Source: Nitrosopumilaceae archaeon
Lineage (GTDB): Archaea > Thermoproteota > Nitrososphaeria > Nitrososphaerales > Nitrosopumilaceae
Length of the DNA stretch: 64,000 bases
Direction of reading: 5' to 3'
Assembly (NCBI GenBank): GCA_965207375.1
Contig: CBDBMG010000003.1
Span: forward strand, 868,340 to 932,339
The notes beneath the pieces were generated by a model, which did no database searches, had not been told where the DNA came from, and was given only the letters and a program-made list of their open reading frames with translations. Numbering within the stretch: the stretch's first letter is position 1; every line of letters starts with the position of its first letter. Shown one piece after another: positions 36,763-59,496 of the stretch. The position numbers and the translations under genes were made by a program.

Positions 36763-37194
36763 AATATGTATTATAATGTAATTTGTAATAATTTATTTCG
36801 TTATTATGCAAGTAGCTAAGCCATTCTTCTCTAATTTTCATTGCGTTTCAACCTGCAAACCGGCATAATATCCCGGCGTGCGTTATTACGTAGCTATATG
36901 TTGGCGAAATCACTTATAGTGCCGGTACATTAAATAAGGCGAAACCGCAATCAAACGATCTCCCTTCGATAAGTAGCTAGCTAACCATTACAATATAGCG
37001 TTGAACAAAGAAATACTAGCGTCACCATAGTCATTGCACGTTTTTTGCAATAATAAGCACTCGATAAAGTACCGGCGCTTATAATAATGACTATAACTGA
37101 AAATTGGTCTGCAGCTGGCCTATACTCAACGACGAAGGTAACGCCAGCATTTTGTCCAAGACTAGTTTCAACAGGAGCGTCTTCAGCAGGGACC

Positions 37195-38412
37195 AAGACA
37201 TTATCATCATTTCAAAAGGCATAGAAAACCTACTCAATGGCCTCAAGACTCATAAGCAAGTGGTCCTGATGCTTTTAGCGCTACAATTCTTAAAGAGACC
37301 AGTGACATCATTGCCCCCATCCTTCAGGTAATATTCCAGACACTGGAAGAGTTCCTGCTGATTGGACTACTGCCTTTGTTACCCCAATTTTCAAGAAAGG
37401 TAGCAGTACCTTACCTTCCAATTACTGTCTAGTATCACTTACTTGTATCACATCCAAGCTACGTATTTAAACGCCTCATTGTTTGCAATATTATGAAGCA
37501 TTTAGAGAATAACAATATCCTATATGACCTACAATATGGCTTTCGACAGAGGAGATCCTGTGAAGCTCACCTGATTTCCTTGCTCGATGATCTCACTCTA
37601 AATTATGATAAAAGCAAACCGATCCTATCATATCAGATTTATCGAAGGCCTTTGATGTAATACAACATCGTAGACTTCTTTACAAGCTGGCATCAGGGGC
37701 TATACTTCTTTTTGGATCGAATCTTTTCAATCGCACCCAAAGGGTGGTCTTGGAGAATTCTGAATCATCTTCAATTTGTGTCAGCTCTGGTGTACCTCAG
37801 GGCACATGAAGTACTGGGTTCAATCCTATTTCTCATATACGTACATAAATGATCTCCCAGACTGCATTAGCCACAGTACCCCAAGGCTGTTCGCAGATGA
37901 CTGTCTACTATACAAGACAATTAAATCACCCCAAGATGCTGTTGATCTTCAACGGGACTTACTTGCCATGCAGACATGGGAAGACACCTGGCTTAATAAT
38001 ATGCAATTTAATATATCAAAATGCTTTGTGATGAGGGTCACTCAATTCAAAAAATATACAGTTTTGTATGATTACCAACTTCATAACTCTAGTCTAAACG
38101 CAGTAAATCACTACAAGTATTTGGGGGTTGTACTTCAGTCAGATTTGCAGTGGTTTAAACACATTGAAGAAATCACAGCCAAAGCTAACTCCACCCTTGG
38201 CATGATACGTAGAAATATCAAAAAAGCACCTAAACCAGTTAGAGAGAAACTCTACCAAACTCTGATAAGACCTCAGCTGGAGTATGCTTCTTCTGCCTGG
38301 TCGCCATGGCTGAAACAGGACATATTGGAGCTGGAAAAAGTACAACATCGTGCTGCCCTCTTTGTGCATAATAACTACTGGCCATTAGCAAGTGTGACAC
38401 AGATGATCAGGT
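37195..38412 (+). pseudogene. LINE reverse transcriptase remnant
   Basis: QYGFRQRRSCE, DLSKAFD, GVPQG, YINDLPD...LFADD, YQTLIRPQLEYASSAWSP. Confidence 0.9.
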
Positions 38413-38652
38413 CGTGACTATAAACTTTTTAAAACTAGATCCAAACTCCTTGCAAGATCTAAGTTTTTACTAATCAAATAATTGATCAGTGGAATGATTT
38501 ACCCCATCAACTAAGTAACGCCCAGTTAATAATTGAATTTAAGAATAAACTGGATATGTTTTGGGCTGAAAATGGATATGGACACCATGAGAGGCCAACT
38601 TTAATTATAATTATTTAATTGTAATTTTTGTCCATAAACAATAATAATAATA
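38413..38652 (+). mobile_element. 3' end of a second CR1-like LINE
   Basis: DYKLFKTRSKLLARSKFFTNQIIDQWNDLP; (AAT)n tail. Confidence 0.7.
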
Positions 38653-39301
38653 ACAGCTGGCATGGCCAGTTCCCACAGTAATGTCTTCAACAGGGACTAG
38701 GATCATATCCTAGCTGGCATGGTCAGTCTCAACAGTGCCTTTGGCAGGTCATGATCAGACCCTAGCGTACATGGCCAGCTTTACAGTGGAGACATACCTT
38801 CCATAATTTGCATAGCCTAATATGTATGTGCAGCTGCTATTAGCCATATGCAGAATATCCACTCACAGTAACTTACTCAATATTGATACTACACCAAGGA
38901 GTCACTGGCATCGCCAGGGACTTATGTACTTGTAGTACTTGGCATGGCCACAGTAACCACCTAATTACACACTGCAGGAGCACCAACAACATCAATGGCA
39001 GCCTAATTCTTAATTGGGCTTAGGCTTCAGCTATTGTAGCAAGGGTACCAATTATATGGTCAGGGACTTAACTTACAATCAAGACAACCACCACGCTGGG
39101 TGGTCACCCGAGCATATCACCATGGGTAACATTGCCTATAGCTAGGGGACAAAGAAAGGTGCTAATGTCAGGGGCAGAACAGTTGAGACTGTCGGTCTAC
39201 TCTACACCTACTCTTCCATCTACTCCTCCATCTTTAGAGATCTAGTTGAAACTTTCCTCATCAAAACCTCTTCATCAGTGATGGCTGAAGGGGCTCCCCC
39301 T

Positions 39302-39680
39302 TAGTGCTGGGCAATATTACAATATTTAATCGATATCATGATATTTGTCAGACAATTTATCGTATCATGGATTTATTTAATATCAAAATATCGTGTGTCA
39401 ATAATTATTTATTGCGTTAATTCATGTTAAGGATGAATACAATGGCTGTAAATACCATTTATATGATTATTAAAATCATAAAACAGATGTACATTGACAC
39501 TTTGACAGCAAATGTTTGGTTATGACCTTTTAGCTAGCATACAGTGAGTTATTTATGTGTAAAATAGAATGTAATTTGTTCAGAGTTTAATCTTTCATCC
39601 CAGGACAATATTTATTCATATTGTGAAATTAACTCTGACAATATATCGAGTTTACTAATTTTAAATATTGCCCAGCACTA
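39302..39680. mobile_element. hAT-type MITE
   Basis: TIR tagtgctgggcaatatt / aatattgcccagcacta; perfect 8-bp TSD ctccccct; truncated copy at 56179-56495. Confidence 0.9.
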
Positions 39681-42600
39681 CTCCCCCTATACCAATGGAA
39701 GGGATACAGAAATTGGAATATAGTGAGTCTTCAAGCTCCTGATGATACGTTGTGGCTATGGCACCAAGTGGCCAGCTACTGCTAGTGATTGTCAGCCTAT
39801 AAGGAAAAGGTCACTTTCAGCTGGGTACAAGCATTCACAATTTATCCTGTAGCTATCTTAGCAGCTGCCTCAACATCTAAGAAACAGTTGACCTGTTGGC
39901 CCACTTGTCCACAATTCTTCAACTGGTAAGCAACCTTGGATGGTAATATAGGGATTCAATATGATAAAAGTATACAGAGAATGTGCTGTAGCCAAAGAGA
40001 TACATAAGATTGAGGGGAGAGCTGAATCCCTCCACCTTTGGCCATTGCGTAGCATCACAACATAGACCTCAATTCCTACCAGTTGCAGAAAAGCAGTCAA
40101 GACCAGGGGAGGGCAATAAGAGAGGCATACCTTACTCAAGGTCACTTGTGGAACTTTGAGGGCAGGTACACCACAGGGCTTCACCAGACCAGCGTTGTAC
40201 AGGCAGCTGGGTATAATTATAGCTGTGTGGCTATACTGACCTAACTTGCTGGCATGCGCTTACACACACATGGCTTCATTTTTAAGCACACAGCAGAAAG
40301 CACAGTGGGATTGGTTCTCCACCTAGTTTGGGTGTGATCATAACTAACCTCTTTTGTTTTGTGCTCATCTACGTATCTGGGCAGTGTTAGGGAAGGAAAT
40401 TAAGTACCTAGCTATACTTGACTCATCTTGGATTGATGTATGTACGTAAGCCCTCAGTTAGTGGCTCTCCATCTTCAACAACAGAGCAAAAATCTCATTT
40501 ACCCCTCTAAATTGAGACATGGTCTCAAGAGCTGGCCACTCAAATAATAATACATCTTACATCATAGATGGGTGCAGCCATCACCTGCTATTGGCTGCTA
40601 ACATCATGACAAGAACACAGCAGTAATCTCAGAATACCTGCAGGGGGAAGTGAGGATGTAGAAGCATGTGCTGCCATCTAAATCAAATTGTGCATCAGTA
40701 GACCACCTGTCATCCCTAGTCGTATTTATGAAAATAAATGTCAAAGATCCATATAACTTTAATAGAACAGTCATAACAGATAGATAAGGGAATATCCTCT
40801 AATATAACAGTCTTAATAATAACAAAAGATTTGTGCAGTTAACATCAGTTTCAAATTATATGTTTCAGTGCATCACTACTGAATTATGCAGGTCACAGCT
40901 TTTACATAGGGGCAGCAGCAACTGCAGCAGTCATGGAGTGGGAAGACTCATCTATGTAGTTAGATGGGAGAGATTGTCTTACAAAAGAAAGACTGACTGG
41001 CCCAGTGCCAGATTTAGCCCTTATAACAGGAAGATGAGTAATTATATCGATCATTAGCTCTGCCTAGCTAAATGTCTGTACGTATATTGTCCGAAACCAG
41101 TCATCACATGATTGATCTTCAGTTAAGTATAGTCATATAAAAGTGAGATTTGCACACTTACCATTGTTACTGAGTCATGGCTGGGCAACCTGTTAGATTC
41201 AGACAGACTAAGTTCCAGAGATGTTGATCTTGAGACAAGAGCTGGGACCTGGTGTGCCCCCATCCTCCAGACACCATCGTTACTTATCATCCAGATAACC
41301 TCATCGCTCATCTCTTATTTTATTGATGAACTCAAATGTTTCATTTGTACGAGCCTGGAGTGTGAGCATTGCTTGAAGTCATTATCCTTAAGCCGAAGAA
41401 GAGAGGGATCAGGGGGTGACTTCTTACATGTTAGGATAGGGTCCAACAGCTGCTGATACGATCAGAGTAGAGGGTGAGCACGCCATTATTACAAAAGTCC
41501 TGGGGACAGCGTGACAGCAAGCAGGCTGAGTCTGGGGAAGGTTGCACTAGTGGTGCTGGATCCCCAAAAGGGCCACTTGCCGATGACAAGCCATCTTCCC
41601 CAGTGATGATAGACACCTCAACATCTTATTCCTAATAAGTGTAACAAAGATGAGGACAGTATACGTATATACCGTATATATTAGTAAACTATTTATAGTA
41701 TTTATAGCCAATATATCTGAGGGGAAGACCACGATACAATCTCCACCACATGTTACTATGAGAGAATCCACTAACTACTATGAGTCATCAATCTCCAACA
41801 GTAAACTTTGTAGTTTATTTCATAGGATACCAATTTATATCTGCAATAGTTTGAATATACATCAATATCTGCAATAGTTTGAATATACGTCAAGCCAAAG
41901 CTAGGTATGCTATGAGGAGAAATTAAAACTTGTTGGATTAAGTTTAGAAGAACATCCTTACAATGAGAGGAATACAAGGATGATATGACTGCATGGCCAG
42001 CATTGGAGTATGGATACATATGATACTTCATTAGGTGACCAGGGCTTTATATGCAAGAACAACTATCGTGGAAACAGCTTGAGGCTTACGACTATTTTCT
42101 GAATGGCTATGTTCAATCGGTGTACGCTTACAAGCTAAAGAGTGATGTCTGTGTTCTGAAGTCGTTAGGTGAACCCGAGTCAACGTTCCAAAAGTGATGA
42201 CCACTATGATTTTAATATCTGATGATTCATATACTGTATGTGTATATAAATCTAACACTATAGCTATTGTTTGGTCTGATATGACTAGGATATAAGTCAC
42301 ATGAACAAAGACTCATCACTTGGGCTGAGCGATCAGGCATCACGATTCTAAAGGATACATACGTATATCACAATTGTGAGAACTAGCTATATGTACCACA
42401 ATTATCATAATATAAGGCCACACATGATTTTAAATTTGTATATGTATGCTGTCCCAAGTGCTGTCCAGTGGAATAATAGGTATAGCTACAAATCAAAAAA
42501 CTCCAGAAACAAGTAGCCATAGCTACGTACCAAATGTAAGCTTTTAAATTAGTGCCTTTCCTTGACATTTAATTTGCACTAACTACTATAAATGCTATCT

Positions 42601-43299
42601 TGAGATGAGTAGAAGCACATGCATTTTGCGATTTTATGATCACGTGCAAGAAAAGCATTCATGTGGCTATTAAAATAGTGGTGCTGGCAGGGATAGGTTG
42701 ATCGTCACTGGATCGTCACTCCAGCTAGTCTCTTGCTAAGAAGGCAATCACGCCTGCAGATGCAAGCACCATTACCAGTTGCCAGAACAACAGCCTTCTA
42801 TATAAGCAGCTTATGATGCTGCATGTCGATATTGGCTCTGCGTATATGGTATTAGTCCACCAATCATGAAACTCAGTACAAAAATTCACTCCTTATATAG
42901 CTACCACTAAATTTTTGAAAGACTCACGTGCCACCCAATTTCTGATCCAATAAATACATATCTGTCGATATTCAGCGTGATAATGTACGTAGTTTCCGTG
43001 ATGGCAACCATCCCGCCTACCAGAGACTGGCCAGAGTTCATTTGCTGCCATCTTTGTAATTGGTTTTTGGTGTGGGGATTATGAATATCTGTGCCGATAT
43101 CGGTATCAGTACAGCCTTAATATCAACCACCTTTCTAACTGAGCATTAACCTGGTGACTCAACATTAACGTAATTTATTAGACTTACAAGATCTTTATCA
43201 CCAATTATCTGTATTGATCAGCTACACTCTCAAATGAAGTTGTACACATAATTTTAATATCAGTAGCTAGAACAATAAACATAATTTTAATTCACAAAT

Positions 43300-43640
43300 C
43301 ACTTTCCTGGCATCCTCATATACTGTATAGATAGCAAATATCCCCAACACAGCAACTAAAACATTAAATGTAATCTAAACAAAGGTTCATTTTGGACGAT
43401 AAAAGCTTATCTTAAGTTTGTCCATTATTGGATTACGCTGCACAGCAGTCTGGGATCCACATTACCAAAGTGATGTACAATTATTAGAGAAGGTCACATG
43501 CAGAGTAGGTCACTGAGTTATGACTAATCATATAGTTCTGTTATAATCTACGTATATGCTCCAATATCTAGGCATGCAGGCCCATACCATAAAATTTCTA
43601 CATACATATAGATTGCAATAGACCTTACTTTCCGGATATC
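43300..43640 (+). mobile_element. Highly decayed LINE RT C-terminal fragment
   Basis: PLLDYAA...VWDPHYQSDVQLLEKV across a frameshift. Confidence 0.55.
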
Positions 43641-44958
43641 TTGATCTAATACTTCGCAGATATCCTACAGATAGTGATATCATCAAACTTGTATTTTTAA
43701 CAGTATATATACGTTAATGTACAACCACAAGCTCAGCTAATAAGGACTTTAGCCATATATTTACAGTAGCTACTGATGTTAACTTCAAACACTGTCAGTA
43801 ACCATTAGAGTGTGCAACATAATTATATTATACATATTTCACAGCTGTTTGAAATACTTAGCTACTATCCTGAAGAGTTTCGGATCTGCATCCGGATTAG
43901 CTAGCTATACCTGTACGTAGCAAAATTTGGTTGGCGAATTATCTTCTAACAAACATATGTGTGGAGGACGAAAATTTGGTGAATTGAAATTCTTATTGTT
44001 ATTAATTATATACGTAGCTAAATACCTGAGCAGGCAGTTTAGTTAAATAGCTGATTGTCCTCTAATGTTAGCTATAAAATGATATACGTATGTACGTATG
44101 TGACTGACTCAGCGAAAATCCTTCATGTTTGTGTGCAAATTTTGACCCAATTTTTGAAATTAAAAATCTAACCAATCAACAGTAAGCTATCTTACATACC
44201 TACATATATAAATATTATGGTAGCCAGTTTTCCAAGATATTTATCTTTGGAATATGGTTTTTTAGAGACCATCCTGACACAGTTGCATCATTTTTGAATT
44301 AATATTTCATCATATAGCTAGCTACGTAGCTAATCCAAAACTCTAATACTATTTTCTTTATGTAATAAGTATTAGTTATACCCCAGAACGAGTATGGTAT
44401 CCTTGTTATTACACGAGACCGAGGTGCAGCCAGGTCAAGTATTAATATCAAGGATACCATACAAGTGAATGGGGTATAACTTGTTTATCTCCCATAAAGC
44501 TTGTTCACTTGTACTAAATCGTTTGTCACGAAAGGTGTTTGTGTGTACAAACTTTGTTATTAGTAGCTGTAAATAGGTGTTGAAACTACAACCTTAAAGG
44601 TTTCTGGGCAGGGAGATATTATAGTTATCACACTGTAATAACTATAATATCTCCCTGGCGGCTTCTTTGATCCGCCCACACACTGGGAGATAATAAATAA
44701 TAATTGTGACAGTACAATACACTTCCAAATTAGCCACTTCTGAATCAATTCTTTATAAATTTTGTTAGGAAAGAGATAGCTACAGAGTCCAATTTACAAG
44801 GTTTGTAAAATAAACATCGACTTTTGTATAGCATTCCAATATAATTAAATTTTTATAGACCATTGACTTGGCAAAATCGGAGGTGTAAACTAGGCTCAAA
44901 CAGTTATAAAACCATATATAGTTGCAATATTTTCATGTCCATTTCTAGAGTTTGAAAG

Positions 44959-53013
<8,055 letters not shown>

Positions 53014-53146
53014 TTAATTGACTATTGAGTTTCTTAACAGTTGCGTTTTAGTTTGAAAGTACGTAACATTTTATTAGGCATAAATGTTTGATTTTAGTTT
53101 GGATTATAGATACATTAATTGAAACAATAAAGATATCAATAGGAAA

Positions 53147-53284
53147 TAGGGCTAAGGTAATTATGCTCAAAATTGTATAGCTTTACTAAATATTTTACTG
53201 TTCTATTAGTGTAGCTACGTATATCAATTTATATTTACTTGTGAAATGCCATAACATGTTTATAGCATAATTACTGCAGCCCTA
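53147..53284. mobile_element. Short hAT-type MITE
   Basis: TIR tagggct..gtaattatgct / agcataattactgcagcccta; TSD ataggaaa/gtaggaaa. Confidence 0.7.
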
Positions 53285-55551
53285 GTAGGAAAAGGGCAGT
53301 ACTGTATAGCGAGTTTTATTTGTGAACCGTTGATTTTCTAGTCAAGCAGTAATATTTACTATTATTAAATTTGTAAACTGCATACAGCTATGTACATACA
53401 AAAATCTTCAGTTTAAATTTGCTATCTTGTGATGCCTTGCAAATTTTGCAAAAATTATAAAATTAGGAACTCGCAAACAAAAACCACTATATGGAATAAC
53501 TTTGTAATCAATATGTGTGTGTGTGATACGTATGTATCTATTAATGTAAATTTCTAAACAATGGCATGTTAAGAATGCGTTGATGTACGTATGAGAAGTA
53601 GGTTTGCGCCAATTGAGCATAATGTTGGCATATATAATAGGCAAAATTTCTAGCGTACACTGCCATGCTGCATACTCAAATCATTTATAACATCCACAAA
53701 GTTATTAATACACACATACGTACACTATACCTTTTAGATGGTATAGCTATTGGGTGCCACTAAAAATAATTAAAATGACTATGTAAATAGCTCTTTTGTA
53801 CAAGAAATTTCACACTCTAGAGGAACTAGCTAGAAAATAGCAACAAGTAAGATTAGCAATTAAGATAAGATGGAAGAAAGTAAAATTAATGTTGAATTCT
53901 TGAGCGTAATGATATTTATGGAGCATAATTGGAGTATGATGGGGAGCATTGCTCCAAGCATAATAGGCAATTTTAAAAGCATAATTATAATAGGCGCGAG
54001 GTATTTATGTAGGTGTTTCATTTGTGAAGACACCTAATACAGGTGTCTTACTGATAATTTAAGACACCCAAGCCATTGTAAGACATGCATTGCTAGGATA
54101 CTTCAGTGGATAAGCAGCCTGGAAGGAATGACACAGTAATTAACTCAGCAGGGATGCATGTCTTACTAGTTATCTATACAAATAGCAGAACAATAAATTT
54201 AGCTAACAATCCAAATTTTACAACATTTATAGTCGTACACTTAGTCTCTCTTGTGTCAAATTTGTGTACCTATACCTTGCCCACAGGCTGAGTTATATCT
54301 CTTCAAATTCATAAACCTGGAGACCTATTTTTGCAGACTTGGTCACAAGCATACGTATATACGTAGCTATAGTTGTATAGGTAAACTTTCAATAAATATT
54401 GTGGTACATACAAGATGAAATGCTTAGCTTATGCAGTAAACTGTCTATATTTTAATCAATAGCAGTCTGCTGCTCATTTTGTCAACATATCAATAAACAG
54501 TATCTTGCAATTGTCTTCACACTGCTGCCATGCATCACATACATAGTTACATATGTAGGTACTTACTGTGTGTACTTAGGATCAACTAAAATTAAAGTGT
54601 CCTGGTTTTCTATAGCTATAGGTCAACATATGAGCTAAAGGGCTACCTTGAGTGGGTGGATTATGCAGGTGTCCACATTGACAGGTTCCACTTAACAAGC
54701 TTGAGGTTACTAGAAGGTAATTTCAAAAATTTTGACCACAATAATATCTTTTTATTAGCTACTTGCATGGTTGTTAATTAATTTTAATACAATTATAATT
54801 GATTGTTTATTTAAACTACGTATAATCACTATGCTCACACAATTCGATTTTAAGGCGTGCATGATGTATAAGATTTCAAAGGTTGGTTACAGCGTGCTAC
54901 ATATACACTTTAGTTTCACTGCAGGTTTGTATTGCCAGATACGTGGAGTCAGGTGCACACTCACTCACGTAGCTAACTATAGCTAAAATTCCTTGTATTA
55001 TTTAATGCAACGTTGCACTCCCATCATTAGTATGCCTACTTTACAGGATTACATAATAGTTGTACTGATTGCATGGACTATTTCAACACGTTAAACAATG
55101 TAAACACTACGTATTTTGTTAATTTTGTATGTGAACCTAAAGCACTGTCACAAATTCAATGTGTTTCTGCGTAAAGTAAATAAAGATGCCGTAGTGCCAT
55201 GTAGCTACAAAGAGATTTCTGGAGCATAGACTAATAATATTCAGGGAATATGACTGCAAAACACAACTGATACAAACAAAATTTCAGAAGCATAATAGAG
55301 AGGTGTACATCTATATACGTAGATATACTCTACCAGCTACTGAGTTAATATCTCCAGATCGGTAGATAGCTGGCTATTTGGTTAGCGACATTTCTCTTGC
55401 TGTTCTGCAGGGCTGTCAATCCCTCGACACAAAAAATCTTATATGTTATCTTCCCCACGAGATCAAAGGATTTTATGATAGGTGAAAAAACTGTGAGACC
55501 CATAGGAAATTTTAGTCTTGGGTGCCAGACCCTTTCTTTTCACAGGTCGCT

Positions 55552-55769
55552 TACCATATAGTGCAAAAGATTGACGGGGAAAACTTTGACAAATGAAGCG
55601 TTCACAAAACTTTGACAAGCAAAACTTCAACAAATAGTTGCTTGTGATCATGAGTTTCAAAGGAGAAGCATTAAGAGAAGAAGAGATTGGTAGGGAAAAC
55701 TTTAACAAATCGCTAGCCATTTGTCAAACTCATCAGTTTTCCACCGTCAAACTTTTGCACTATTTGGTA
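55552..55769. mobile_element. pogo-type MITE
   Basis: taccatatagtgcaaaagattgacgg / ccgtcaaacttttgcactatttggta. Confidence 0.7.
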
Positions 55770-56496
55770 AGGGTGTTGTGAGCACACCAGGTGTTAATGA
55801 CCATTACTGGGCACCATTAGGGTGTTGACATTAAATTTTACACCCTATAGGTCAGCACACTTTGACACCCTAGAGGCATTGCCATAATACCCACATAACT
55901 TTTCAGATATTTTAGAGTGTTACCCTTTATAAGCATCAGTATTTGTACTTGTGTATACATTTAATACCAGTACTTGGTATTTGAAGTATCGGTAAATTCT
56001 ACGTGGCATGCTTATAGAAATGGGAGTGTTATTACTTTATAAACGATAGTGTCAAGGATGTACTGAAACTTAGATCATGATAGTGCAACATTTATCATAC
56101 GTCATATAAAATAAATCTGGAATAGTACCAATCTTAGGCTCAAATATGTATATAACTAAATTTTGTGCTACCGTACAGTAGTGCTGGGCAATATTACAAT
56201 ATTTAATCGATATTGTGATATTTGTCAGACAATTTATTGGATTTACCTTAATATTGAAATATCGTGTATCAATATTTATTGTGTTAATTCTTGTTAAGAA
56301 TGAATAAAATGGCTGTAGATACCATTAATATGATTACTAGAGTCATAAAACTGATGTTCACTGACAGCAAATGTTGGCTTAAAACCTTTTAGCTAGAGTT
56401 ATTTATGTGTAAAATAACTATCTATAGAATGTAGTCTGTTCAGAGTTTAATCTTTCATGCTAGCACAATATTTATTCATATCGTGAAATTAAACAT

Positions 56497-57620
56497 AGGG
56501 CAAGGTCATGTACAATTGAGATTAACTGGGTCTCACAACTCCTATGCCGACGAAAACCATGTTGTTCATCTTGTAATGCTCAGATGATCAAACAAACAAG
56601 AATAGATAATGTGTTCCATAATTTTTGAGCATATACAAGTTAGTGAAACCGGGCAATAATTGCCAGGGTCCTTTTTGTTTCCTTTCTTATATACTGGCAC
56701 CACCAAAGCAGACTTCCATATGTCAGGTAAAGTTCCTTGGTTCAACGAAGCTTGAAAATTAGAGAAAGAGCTGGAGCAATTTCGTTGGCAACTTCTTTTA
56801 AAAAGTAAGATGGAAAATTATCTGGGCCAGCAGCTTTGTGAAACTTTAGATTAAGAAGAAATTGAGCTACTCCATCAGCATGGATGTGAATTGGTGGAAT
56901 ATCGGGAAGGGGGTTTCCTTCTAAAACTGGAACATTAGTGGCATCCTCACTAGTATAAATTGAAGAGAAATAGTTAGTAAGAGCATTTGCTTTAGACAAT
57001 GAATCAGTGATTGTTGAGCCCTGATATTCAAATGGTCCAATACCAATAGCTACAATCCTGCTTTCTGTTTTTAACAAAGGACCACAGTTTCTTAGTGATA
57101 TTGTTATCATCAATAAACTTAGATACATATTTGTTAAATGCTGTGCGGCACTCCTGTTGAGAGAGTCTTTTCAGGTCAAAGTAAGCAGACCAGTCTTTTG
57201 CGCAATTGGTTAGACGTTTGTTTGATTATGAACCACTACATTCCATTAGTTAAAGAGGGTGGCACATGCAACAATCATCTCCATCTGATAGTGTCGTTTT
57301 CGTGCATGGACAATGGAACCATTTCTAATCGCCAAATTGTATGCTGGTGGGGGGTGCTCAGGCTTGCCCCTTTGAAAACAGGTGATACTCTGTAGTACTT
57401 ATATTTTCTTCGTGCATCCCAGCTGATTGCTGGTAATGGCTGGTCCAGTGGATGGTATCCTGGCTGTCAGCGCTCAGCAGTGAGACCTAACTTGAATGTT
57501 CCACATTTTCAACTAAACCCATCAGCATCGGTTGTTTCTAGAGATGTCTCCTCATTGGCTGTGGCTCCGTAACGACGGTAAACCATTAGTTTCCATCATG
57601 CATATCATCAATATAAATAT
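56497..57620 (-). pseudogene. LINE ORF2 remnant
   Basis: KANALTNYFSSIYT, KAAGPDNFP..FLKEVANEIAP, NYCPVSLTCICSKIMEHI, QHGFRRHRSCETQL. Confidence 0.85.
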
Positions 57621-58003
57621 TAGACTGTATCTCATCTATTATCGTTTGTACTGATGCGTTTTGCTCAGTTCTCCTTGGCCCTTTTCTTTATTTTTCCTGC
57701 GGTGAATGCTTCTGTATGTTCTTCCTTGGGTCGCTTTAATTCTTAACCTTTTGTAGCTGTTAACTTTGCTTTGCTCTTTCGAACTCGCTTTCGAAGCGTT
57801 ATACTTTTGTTGAAGATACATTTAGAAACATAATCTGCCAGGATTACCTTTAATAGAAGATGGTCCTCGCAGCTACGCCAGACTAGGTGATAGGCGCAGC
57901 TTCAGGTGATAGGTGCAGGTGATCACGTGGTAATAGGTGCTACAATGTGGTCCGGTCTGATCAGGTCCGTAAACTAGGGACCATGCATCCTTAGATAATT
58001 GAA

Positions 58004-59496
58004 ATGGCTGATGTTACAATACTACGTGATTTCCTTGATGAGATTGAACAAGTTGTAACGAGGATGGCTGTGAGCCATTCACAATTTGAGAGTGAAATGA
58101 ATGAAGAGGGAATACGGGAATTGCTATTACAAGCAGAAAAACTCCTTAAAGATATAGTATCTGTTGAAGACCTCTTGCTTGGGTATGTAGATGCTTTAAT
58201 TGAATCCTCAGTAGGAATTGCTCGAGCCATACAGAGTTCAATTGACGAGTGCCATCGTCGTCGTTTAAGAGGACGGCCCGTAATCCCAGTGTCGGAAGAA
58301 CACTTATCATTACTGTTAGAACATCATTTCACAAAGACAGCAATTGCACAATTGTTTAATGTTTCGCCAAGAACTATCAGGAGAAGAATAACTGAGTATG
58401 GTTTGGATAGTGAAACATGTTATAGTGATATAAGTGATCGTGAATTGGATATCTTCACTCAGCAGTTCGTAACAATGCACCCCTTTTCGGGTCAGAGATC
58501 ACTTGAAGGATACCTAAGAAGTTTAGGTTTGCGAATTCAACGTTACAAGCTTCGGAACAGTCTAATGAGAGTTGATCCTAGCGGAGTCTGTGAGCGTCTG
58601 AGGCAAAGCCTCCATTGAAGGAAATATAGTGTGGCAATGCCAAATAGCTTGTGGCATATTGATGGGCTACATCGACTTATAAGATGGTGGATTATCATTC
58701 ATGGAGCCGTTGACGGTTTTAGTAGGTTACCTGTATACCTTGGTGCCTCTTCAAACAATAGAGCTGAAACTGTGTTGCAACATTTTTTAAAGGCTGTACA
58801 GTTGTATGGATTACCATCAAGGGTAAGGTGTGATCGTGGAGGGGAGAATGTGATGGTATCACAGTTTATGCTTACCCACCCAGACCGAGGACCTGGTCGT
58901 GGGAGTTGTATCACTGGCCGTAGCGTACACAATCAGCGGATTGAACGCTTTTGGTGTGATTTATTCTCTGGTTGTATTTCATATTTTTACAACTTATTTT
59001 ACATGTTAGAAGACAGAAACCTTTTGGACCCTGGTAGTGAAGTAGATCTCTTTGCATTGCACTATATATATTTACCACGTATTAACTATGCACTTCATAT
59101 ATTCCAGAATTCCTATAGTCATCATCGTTTATGTACAGCAAGAAATTGTAGTCCATTTCAATTGTGGATCACAGGTGTTGTGGAGAGATGTAATGATGAC
59201 CATGCTGTACAAGGTCTCATGGAAAATTCTTTAGTAAGTTAACTTCCACACATACTTAAATACTTTTATCCACATATAATCTCTAGGACTGTTATGGCAT
59301 TGACTGGGAGGGACCAGCAGTCGTTGATAATGATATTGATGTGGTGACCATACCTGTCACCCATGTACCTTTGAATTCATGTGATATAATTACTTTGACA
59401 AACTTGGTAAATCCATTAGAAGAATCTGAAGATGGTGGACTATCATTATTCACTACTGTACGTTCTTTTGTACACGCATGCACATCACTTTCTTAG
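58004..59496 (+). pseudogene. rve-type DDE integrase/transposase (IS3EU/IS481-like) with N-terminal HTH; two exons, one premature stop
   Basis: GRP..., [48 protein letters not shown]; in-frame TGA at 58616-58618; intron 59234-59286; last exon YGIDWEGP... Confidence 0.9.
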
